NCBI GenBank assembly: GCA_016839365.1
Contig: JAEOUH010000082.1
Coordinates: 1-10,312 of the forward strand
DNA from: Candidatus Hermodarchaeota archaeon
GTDB taxonomy: Archaea > Asgardarchaeota > Hermodarchaeia > Hermodarchaeales > Hermodarchaeaceae
DNA length: 10,312 bases
Direction: 5' to 3'
Below are positions 1 to 6,856 of the stretch, piece after piece. Each line of letters begins with the position of its first letter. Positions within the stretch are counted from its first letter, which is position 1. Below the pieces are notes generated by a model. It was given only the letters and a program-made list of their open reading frames with translations, was not told where the DNA came from and made no database searches. A program made the position numbers and the translations under genes.

Positions 1-14
1 CAAGTAATGAGTCC

Positions 15-28
15 AAAGCAATTTATAG
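15..28 (+). promoter_or_regulatory. Putative archaeal BRE/TATA promoter of the 924-aa gene
   Basis: AAAGCAA followed by TTTATA (22-27), about 55 nt upstream of the TTG start. An SD-like GAGGGTGA lies at 69-76. Confidence 0.5.
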
Positions 29-79
29 GGGCAATCGAATTCTAAAAGGCGCGGGATTTCCTTAAATCGAGGGTGAGCA

Positions 80-2854
80 TTGAAACCAAAACTAATCCTT
101 CCAGTCCTTCTGTTATTCCTTCTAGCTCTGTTAATCATTACTCTCCCATTGCCAATTGGTTCTGCCCAAATCCCATCTCCTGATACTCCCATTCAACTAT
201 CGGGGGCAGGTTCAAATCTCACAGTCTATGAATTTTGTCAAAATCAAAGCACGCAATTCTTTAATGCCAAAAATGATACAACCTTCTCTTATCTTTCTGA
301 CTGGTATCCAACTTCATATCGAGGTTATCATTTACATGCTGATATTCAGAATGTTAGGAGAACGATGAATCCGGTTCCCAACGGAGATTTCGAACAATAT
401 GTAGAACCAGGTAACAATTGGACACTGGCTGATGCTGGTGGTACGTTTCCGCCTCTTGTAAAATCAGTAAGCAATACTACGGGAGGAAATCCAGGCTCCT
501 GTTTGGATATTGAATTAGCGTATGACAAAGTAAACTTCGGAAGACACGCTTGGATAGAGAATAACTTCACCTACACCTCGTCATTATTACCAGATTCACT
601 CAATCTCTATTTTGATGTGCGTTTTTCTCCTGATATAACAACTGCAAGTTGGCTTGTTATTGATGTGAGTATCGAGACTAGTGTTGGTTCAACATCTGCG
701 AACTGGATCACCTCAACGCTTAATTTTCACCCTACTAGCTGGACTACAATAAACGTTGCGTCAATACCCGTCAATGGATCATTACTACTCAAAATTGATG
801 TCTACAAACAGATAGCCACTAATCTTGATGTTGATGGGCACATATATTTCGATAATTTTAATTTCCAGATTGGGTCGAATGCTGAACCCAGTGAGGTTGA
901 GCTTACCCTAAACGGAACTGCGGTGAGAGACATTTCTACCAATTATGGGGAAGTGGATATTTTTGCCGATCCAGCACTAGAAGAAAAAGTGGATATCTTT
1001 GATACCTGGAATATAACACTGCTCTTCACTTTTGACTCGCCATATGTAATTTCATTTGATTTCGATTATACCATGAAGATGAAAACTGAGAGCCCATACG
1101 AAGCCCAAACTAGCTATACAGTCGATGTTAACTCAGACCCTTTGTGGACTCTAAATTACACAATTCCTAGTGGACATCCTCCCCCCGGAACCACTGGCTA
1201 CCAGTTTGGTCTTTTCTTACCAGTAGGATGGCAGCAGATACGCGTTTATGATACAGCCGGCTTCACAGTAAATGATTTTTCATATAATGAGTCGTTAAGC
1301 TTCTTTCTTTTAGATGAAAATATTGCCTCAGCAGGTGATCGTTTCACAATCTCTGCAAGAAGCATGAATTACGTAGCTGGAGTGTATTTCCAAAAAAGCT
1401 CCTCATCAACTGGACCCTGGGAAAATGTAACTTCCAGTGGCTATCTTCTCTCCGGAGAGTATTTCCGCGTTATCGGAATCCTAGGATCAATCTCATCAAC
1501 CGGAAATCAGGGATCCATTTCGATAATCCTTCCAAATGGAACTGTTTGTAACCATGATGATACTCCAACATTTAACCCAGTAACTAATACAGTTACAAGT
1601 GGTGTGTGGCAAGTTCCTTTACAATGTGAAGAATTTGCAGGTGAGGACACTACTGCCATTGTGAGCTATTCATCAGGCACTGAAGCTGGTTTGACTTCTG
1701 GAATAGTCACGATAATGAATCAAGCCCAAATCACCGTATTATATCCTCCACCGAATAGTGAAGTTAAATGGTTTCCCTTTCTGATCACCATTAGAATCCA
1801 GAACACCAATACCGCAGAAGCAGTTACTGATGCTGAGGTTCATTTGATATATACAAATCCTCAAGGACAGACCCTAAACGTCGAAATGACGCAAAAGACT
1901 GAGGGCGAATATGAAGCCTATTTCTCACCAGAATCCTTTGATGCAGCGAGGGAAGTCACCTTTAGTATCGAGTTCTACAAGCTGGGGTATGTCAATGCAT
2001 CCGAGGCTGACGGATCAGAGGTTCAGTTCAGTGTCATAGTAAATACAGGCCTTCGACCCGAGTTCGAACTGCTCACCTACGGAATTATCTTCTTAATTAT
2101 ACTCCTTGCGATATGGCTTGTGTATAGCAAAGGCTATCGTAAACGGTATGTCCTTCCTAAACGAGAGGCTCACGAGAAAAAGCTTGAAGAGGTTTTGGCA
2201 ATCTATAACGATGTAACTAACATCTCACGCTTTCTCGTTCTCCACCGAGGCTCAGGCATAGCCATTTTTGACTCCATGGGCGAGAGAGGTCGTGATGGCT
2301 CATTGATTGGTGGTTTTCTCCAAGCCATCCAAGCTTTTGCGATCGATGTAAATGAAGAACAACGACCAAAAGACCACGCTCCACTCTCCGAAATCACATA
2401 TGAGGGATTCCGCGTATTGATTAATGACGGACAGCATGTCCGAACCGCAATCGTCTACCGCGGCACTCCCAGTGAAACGCTTCGACAAAAATTAGAACTA
2501 TTCACAAAAAGATTCGAAACTGACTTTCAAAATGAATTGCTGAATCACGGGCATGAGCCCAGACGGTTCCAGAAAGCTCATGAGCTCCTTGAAGAGATAT
2601 TCCACATTTCACTCCTCTTCCCTCATGAAGTTGTAACTAAAACCGGTGATATCCGATTAACCAATCTAGAAAGTAGATTACATTTTATTGCCCTTGAACT
2701 AAATAGACAGCGCGAGTATATCTACCTCTCAGAGATTGTGAACAAATACTTAGAAACAGTGAATGAAAACCCAGTTGAATTGTTAAATGGCATCTTTCAA
2801 CTCCGTGAAAAACAACTGATTATTCCCGTTAATTCTACGAACTCTATCTCTTAA
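80..2854 (+). CDS. Large single-pass membrane/surface protein: signal peptide, CBM-like and beta-rich ectodomain, TM helix, cytoplasmic longin-like and winged-helix-like domains (Asgard-type)
   Basis: 924-aa ORF with TTG start and SD. N-terminus is MKPK plus a hydrophobic stretch ending near GSA|Q. A CBM/galactose-binding-like module runs NPVPNGDFE..W to YFDNF (aa ~97-263). There are 14 N-X-S/T sequons before the TM helix LLTYGIIFLIILLAIWLVY (aa 664-682), which is followed by basic KGYRKR. Residues ~714-845 show a longin-like beta-beta-alpha-beta-beta-beta-alpha-alpha pattern. Confidence 0.85.
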   Translation: MKPKLILPVLLLFLLALLIITLPLPIGSAQIPSPDTPIQLSGAGSNLTVYEFCQNQSTQFFNAKNDTTFSYLSDWYPTSYRGYHLHADIQNVRRTMNPVPNGDFEQYVEPGNNWTLADAGGTFPPLVKSVSNTTGGNPGSCLDIELAYDKVNFGRHAWIENNFTYTSSLLPDSLNLYFDVRFSPDITTASWLVIDVSIETSVGSTSANWITSTLNFHPTSWTTINVASIPVNGSLLLKIDVYKQIATNLDVDGHIYFDNFNFQIGSNAEPSEVELTLNGTAVRDISTNYGEVDIFADPALEEKVDIFDTWNITLLFTFDSPYVISFDFDYTMKMKTESPYEAQTSYTVDVNSDPLWTLNYTIPSGHPPPGTTGYQFGLFLPVGWQQIRVYDTAGFTVNDFSYNESLSFFLLDENIASAGDRFTISARSMNYVAGVYFQKSSSSTGPWENVTSSGYLLSGEYFRVIGILGSISSTGNQGSISIILPNGTVCNHDDTPTFNPVTNTVTSGVWQVPLQCEEFAGEDTTAIVSYSSGTEAGLTSGIVTIMNQAQITVLYPPPNSEVKWFPFLITIRIQNTNTAEAVTDAEVHLIYTNPQGQTLNVEMTQKTEGEYEAYFSPESFDAAREVTFSIEFYKLGYVNASEADGSEVQFSVIVNTGLRPEFELLTYGIIFLIILLAIWLVYSKGYRKRYVLPKREAHEKKLEEVLAIYNDVTNISRFLVLHRGSGIAIFDSMGERGRDGSLIGGFLQAIQAFAIDVNEEQRPKDHAPLSEITYEGFRVLINDGQHVRTAIVYRGTPSETLRQKLELFTKRFETDFQNELLNHGHEPRRFQKAHELLEEIFHISLLFPHEVVTKTGDIRLTNLESRLHFIALELNRQREYIYLSEIVNKYLETVNENPVELLNGIFQLREKQLIIPVNSTNSIS

Positions 2855-2936
2855 CTCATTGAATGCATTGAGCCACTTTCTTAATCTGTCTTTTATGGCT
2901 TGTGCCTAACACTTATCTGAGTCATCGAATTTTGCT

Positions 2937-2962
2937 GAGTTACCACCACGTAACTCTATAAT
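2937..2962 (+). promoter_or_regulatory. Perfect 7-6-7 inverted repeat (candidate operator) abutting a TATA-like box upstream of the MFS gene
   Basis: GAGTTAC-caccac-GTAACTC (2937-2956) is immediately followed by TATAAT (2957-2962). The ATG is at 2984. Confidence 0.45.
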
Positions 2963-2983
2963 AATTCCCCTGTGTGATTTAAT

Positions 2984-4273
2984 ATGTCTGAAGATATTGA
3001 AATCGGAAGCTCACGACGTTATCTCGTCGTGTTAGGTGCGCTTATTATCCAAGTGTGTTTAGGTTCAATCTATGCGTGGTCGATATTCCAAACGGCTCTA
3101 CGTGGGGGAGTATACGTTTGGCCTTCGCTTTGGACACAACTACCATTCGCTGCCGGTCTAGCCTCCTTTGCAGCTTTTATGATCCTTGCGGGACGGTGGC
3201 AAGACCGTATCGGTCCGCAAAAAGTTGCTACCATTGGTGGAGTTCTTCTCGGTGTCGGTTATCTGTTGGCAGGACTTGTTGATATCGTTAGTCAAGGTAA
3301 CCCTCTGATCGGTACTCTTTGGCTGATTCTAACCTACGGCATAATTGCTGGGGCTGGGATAGGTTTTGCTTATGTGTGCCCAATTGCAGCCCTTGTTAAA
3401 TGGTTCCCTGACAAAAAAGGGTTGATCACAGGGGTGGCTGTTGCTGGATTTGGGGCCGGTGCCCTTGTCATGGGATATGTTCAAACCTGGCTCCTATTTC
3501 TACCGGGTATCTTCCCCTTCGTAGGTGGTGCATTCTTAGTTCTTGGCATCCTTTACATCCTCTTGGTAGTATTGGGTTCTCAACTACTTACGAATCCACC
3601 ACTTGGGTGGAAACCACCTGGCTATGTCCCAGCAGTGAGTACTGCTGAAGCCAAGGGGCAAGAATATCTTCCTCGCCAAATGATCGTTACTGTTGTGTTC
3701 TGGTTGCTTTGGTTCATGTTCCTCTTTGCAGCCACTGCGGGGCTCATGACTCTTGGAAACGTGAAATCTGCAGCCGCCGCAATTGATCCCTTGGCCGCGA
3801 GTCTTCCCGAATGGCCATTTATTGCTGCCATTATCGTCGGTGTTATGTCCATTTTCAATGCTGCTGGACGAATCGTGTGGGGCGCCGTCTCTGATCGCAT
3901 TGGGCGAGTCAATACTATGGTCATCATGTTTACCCTATTGACTATTGGGATGTTTGCGTTCGCGTTTCTCAGTATCACTAATGCAAGCTGGATCGTTACA
4001 ATGGCTGTAGCATCACTCGTCGGACTTTGTTTCGGTGGCAACTTTGCACTCTTCCCATCCTCAACCGCAGACTACTATGGGACGAAGAACGTGGGTTCGA
4101 ACTACGGAGTTCTCTTCACCTCGTACGGTGTTGCCGGAATAACTGGAGCACTCGCTGCAGGTCTGATTGTGGACTTCACAGGGAGCTATGTACTTGCTTT
4201 CGTCTTTACAGGTATTCTAGCGATCGTCGCTGTTATTCTAGCGGTAATTCATTACCGAATCCGCAAGCCTTAG
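2984..4273 (+). CDS. MFS transporter, oxalate:formate antiporter (OFA)/monocarboxylate (L-lactate transporter-like) family
   Basis: 429 aa with ~12 hydrophobic segments. Family motifs: CLGSIYAWS, GRWQDRIGP (motif A), GIGFAYVCPIAALVKWFPDKKGLITG, NAAGRIVWGAVSDRIGR, GGNFALFP, NYG. Confidence 0.9.
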   Translation: MSEDIEIGSSRRYLVVLGALIIQVCLGSIYAWSIFQTALRGGVYVWPSLWTQLPFAAGLASFAAFMILAGRWQDRIGPQKVATIGGVLLGVGYLLAGLVDIVSQGNPLIGTLWLILTYGIIAGAGIGFAYVCPIAALVKWFPDKKGLITGVAVAGFGAGALVMGYVQTWLLFLPGIFPFVGGAFLVLGILYILLVVLGSQLLTNPPLGWKPPGYVPAVSTAEAKGQEYLPRQMIVTVVFWLLWFMFLFAATAGLMTLGNVKSAAAAIDPLAASLPEWPFIAAIIVGVMSIFNAAGRIVWGAVSDRIGRVNTMVIMFTLLTIGMFAFAFLSITNASWIVTMAVASLVGLCFGGNFALFPSSTADYYGTKNVGSNYGVLFTSYGVAGITGALAAGLIVDFTGSYVLAFVFTGILAIVAVILAVIHYRIRKP

Positions 4274-4298
4274 AAAAAATAACTGCAAAGGTATTCTT

Positions 4299-4332
4299 GA
4301 GGTGCGATTCGCACCTTCCCTTCTCCTTTCTT
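4299..4332 (+). terminator. Hairpin plus pyrimidine tract between the convergent MFS and OYE genes (candidate terminator)
   Basis: AGGTGCG-att-CGCACCT (4300-4316) is followed by TCCCTTCTCCTTTCTT, starting 27 nt after the MFS stop. Confidence 0.45.
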
Positions 4333-4415
4333 AGGGATTCTTACCAACTACACTATGTAGATGGCGCTTTCAGTTTCTCAGTCCAGCTACAACAATTGGT
4401 TCATTTCTGCTTCCA

Positions 4416-5387
4416 TCAATTAGCTTTGAGGTATTTCACGGCTTTAACTGCCCAATCGGCATCCTCACGGAGTGCCCTTCCAACGGCGATGAAATCAACG
4501 CGTCCATCAACTATCACCTCATTGGCAAATTGCGGTGTTTTAACTCCACCAACACCAATTACGGGAATATCTATGTGAGCTTTAATCGCCTCTGCTTGGG
4601 GAACAAAGAAGCCCTCCTGAACCGCCAGTTTCTTGGGGGCAGCACCACACGTTCCACCGGATACATCTAAGATATCAACCCCAGCGTTAGCTAAGGCTTT
4701 GCCAAAGAATTGCGAGTCTTCGATTTGCGTCCCCATCAATTCCAAATCCACCGATCCTATTCGGTAGAGAAGGAGTCGTGTTCCGATCTTCTTTTTCACT
4801 TCTCGCACGATTTCAATGGGTAGTCGAATCCGATTATTCAAATTGCCACCATATTCGTCTGTCCGATGATTGGTCAAGGGCGAATAGAATTGGTTAAGCA
4901 AAAATCCATGAGCACCATGCAATTCAACCCCATCAAATCCGGCTTCCATGGCTCTCTCAGCAGCTCGGCCAAAGGTGTAGGGTAGCATCTGCACTTCCTC
5001 TGTGGAAAGTGCCCGGGCGCTTTCCATCGGAGATGGAGCTACAGATTCAATACCCAACCTTGACGGCGCTTTAGCACCCGCATGGCTCAATTGTAACACA
5101 ATTCGAGTGTTGAAGGGTTGTATCCTTTTCACCAGTTCTTTCAGGCCCCGGACGAGATGATCATCATAGATTCCTAACTGCCGCTTACTGAGTTGGCCAT
5201 GCAAGTTTACGTAGCTATGTTCCACAATAATGAGCCCTAAAGCTTCGGAACGGTCTTCATAAAATTTGATGAGCTTATCGGTGACACCTCCTTCCACCGT
5301 GGCATGATCTCCTTGCATTGGAGGCATCACGAATCGATTCTTGAAGAACATCCCCTTGACTTTGATTGAATCCAACACACTTGGCAT
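4416..5387 (-). CDS. NADH:flavin oxidoreductase / Old Yellow Enzyme family protein (single TIM-barrel domain)
   Basis: Motifs KNRFVMPPM, GLIIVEH, LQLSHAG, AGFDGVELHGAHGFLLNQF.SP..N.RTDEYGG...NR.R, PVIGVGG and DFIAVGR. The ATG at 5387 is preferred over the ORF-track GTG at 5396 because GAGGAGTGA is an SD at suitable spacing. Confidence 0.92.
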   Translation of the reverse strand: MPSVLDSIKVKGMFFKNRFVMPPMQGDHATVEGGVTDKLIKFYEDRSEALGLIIVEHSYVNLHGQLSKRQLGIYDDHLVRGLKELVKRIQPFNTRIVLQLSHAGAKAPSRLGIESVAPSPMESARALSTEEVQMLPYTFGRAAERAMEAGFDGVELHGAHGFLLNQFYSPLTNHRTDEYGGNLNNRIRLPIEIVREVKKKIGTRLLLYRIGSVDLELMGTQIEDSQFFGKALANAGVDILDVSGGTCGAAPKKLAVQEGFFVPQAEAIKAHIDIPVIGVGGVKTPQFANEVIVDGRVDFIAVGRALREDADWAVKAVKYLKAN

Positions 5388-5536
5388 TAGTTTCACTCCT
5401 CACGTAGTATTGGCTGATGACTAGATTGTATGATAAAAAGCAACCGGACTTGCTGGTCACCATCGCAACACCTATACACTTTTAGAAAGGGAAAAGCACG
5501 CCTAATCGCGTACACCGTTTCTATGGCGTGATCAAT

Positions 5537-5758
5537 ATGGCTGAATGCAATACGAAAAAGAAACTCATCGTCGTTGAGAACTGCATCGAATGTCCCTATG
5601 TTCGAAACCAAGGCGAACCAGGCAGCGGCAATGTAGCACTCTATTGTACCCATCCCAGCTTAGTGACTGGTGCGAAATTCATCATTAGCTTTGAAAACCT
5701 GATCAAAGAAGGTTTTACAATTCCTGATTGGTGTCCCCTAGAAGACTATACCGACTAA
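5537..5758 (+). CDS. Small Cys-rich hypothetical protein (CxxCP...C...IPDWCPL), probably metal-binding
   Basis: 73 aa from ATG 5537, with SD-like GGCGTGAT upstream (ORF track starts at GTG 5528). It fills the gap divergent from the OYE gene and has an ordered Cys pattern: NCIECPY, YCTHP, IPDWCPLED. Confidence 0.75.
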   Translation: MAECNTKKKLIVVENCIECPYVRNQGEPGSGNVALYCTHPSLVTGAKFIISFENLIKEGFTIPDWCPLEDYTD

Positions 5759-5901
5759 TCGTTGAATCAGGAATTACCGGCTAACTGATGCAGGTAGTTG
5801 TCCTGGTAGACGGGGTTAAAACTGTTCATCCCCAACCAAGGAATTTTACTTCAAGAAGCAATTATAATTTCTCATAAACAGTTTTTCTATAAAGAGCTAT
5901 G

Positions 5902-6735
5902 CTAACGAATTTCTTTTAGAGCGGTTGCGAAGTTTTTCCATTTTGCGTCTTTCAAACCACCCTCAGGCTCAATTGTGAGTAGACCATGGTATCTCCATTC
6001 GTTCCGAATCAAATCCAAGGCTTCAGATAAGGTGAAAGGAGACTGATGAATTACCCATTGATTCATCTCTAGTCGACCACGAAGATGAACATTAACAATT
6101 TTGTGTTTAGCCGATCCGAACTTGTGCAATTCATTGTACATACTAGCCCATCGCAAATCAAGCGTAATCCATTCGAATTCTTTCACTACCTCAAAGGGTG
6201 TCATATTATCAAGATTAATTGGGATATTTTCAACAGCAGCCTTAACATCGGAATATTCATCAGAAATTGAATCCAGTGTGTGTTTCAATTGCAGCGGATC
6301 AAATCGCTTACTCCAAGTGTCCCAAAGATGAAATACGCAGACCTCTGCATTAACCTCTTGGGCGATTCTAAGGGAGTCATGGATTAGCTGTTCACCACGG
6401 GTAATTTCACGTCGTTTACTACTACAGAGACAGATGCCAACATCGCGATTAGCGTGAACAGAAAGAATCGGCAGCTGCGATTGCTTCAACTTATCCGCTA
6501 ATTCAACAACATTGTGCTTTTCACAGATTTTCCAGTTTTTGATGCGGAACTCAAACTTCGCCTTATCGAGTGGAGGCCCCGAAACATCCCATTCCGCTAG
6601 ATTCTGGAACTCAAATCCATCAACCAACCCTTCGTTGTGAATTCGCCTCATAATTTGAAAAAGAGCTTCTAATTCATACACCGGCCTTTGAATTAGAACC
6701 GCAAGGGGTGGTGTTGTAATTGATAGTAGGTTCAC
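5902..6735 (-). CDS. Sugar-phosphate isomerase/epimerase-like (AP endonuclease 2 / xylose isomerase-like) TIM-barrel protein
   Basis: Strand-end motifs appear in family order: DGFEF, LSVHA, VFH, AVENIP, TLD, NVHL, YHGLLTIEP. The start is uncertain: GTG 6735 (MNLLSITT, GGGAT upstream) is preferred, while the ORF track extends to 6795. Confidence 0.75.
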   Translation of the reverse strand: MNLLSITTPPLAVLIQRPVYELEALFQIMRRIHNEGLVDGFEFQNLAEWDVSGPPLDKAKFEFRIKNWKICEKHNVVELADKLKQSQLPILSVHANRDVGICLCSSKRREITRGEQLIHDSLRIAQEVNAEVCVFHLWDTWSKRFDPLQLKHTLDSISDEYSDVKAAVENIPINLDNMTPFEVVKEFEWITLDLRWASMYNELHKFGSAKHKIVNVHLRGRLEMNQWVIHQSPFTLSEALDLIRNEWRYHGLLTIEPEGGLKDAKWKNFATALKEIR

Positions 6736-6807
6736 AAGTATCCCATCTGCCTTTATCGAGAAGCATTGAGTCTTTTCATCCTTATGGTTAATCACACTTC
6801 AAAAACG

Positions 6808-6824
6808 AAAGAAACCTTAAGAAA
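6808..6824 (+). promoter_or_regulatory. Putative BRE/TATA promoter for the PLP enzyme in a divergent intergenic region
   Basis: AAAGAAAC-CTTAAGAAA lies about 35-45 nt upstream of ATG 6857, and AGGT sits just before the start. Confidence 0.35.
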
Positions 6825-6856
6825 ACATCCACATAATAATCCACGGGTAGGTAACT

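Noticed and set aside
3622-4041. 139-aa antisense ORF in the MFS gene, and the other 60-132-aa nested ORFs such as 9691-10089
   Set aside because: They lie within or opposite confident genes and show no protein-family features.
4300-4316. GGTGCGATTCGCACC resembles a tRNA T-arm or att-site remnant
   Set aside because: The loop does not match TTCRANY, there is no cloverleaf and no integrase is nearby. A terminator-like hairpin explains it better.
4401-4418. Possible selenocysteine readthrough of the OYE TGA stop
   Set aside because: The domain is already complete, another TGA follows after four codons, and no SECIS-like element is evident.
4027-4578. 183-aa + strand ORF bridging the MFS end and the OYE end
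   Set aside because: It overlaps two well-supported genes (out of frame with one, antisense to the other) and has no recognisable motif, so it is a shadow ORF.
5393-5653. 86-aa minus-strand ORF abutting the OYE start
   Set aside because: It is antisense to the Cys-motif microprotein, which has the better SD and motif pattern, and it runs through the promoter region.
5760-5835. C/D-box sRNA, hammerhead or fluoride riboswitch suggested by CTGATG and GGATGA...CTGA words
   Set aside because: The boxes are mismatched or wrongly spaced, and the hammerhead CUGAUGA/GAAA core and the fluoride riboswitch consensus are incomplete. It is kept only as a generic structured-RNA candidate.
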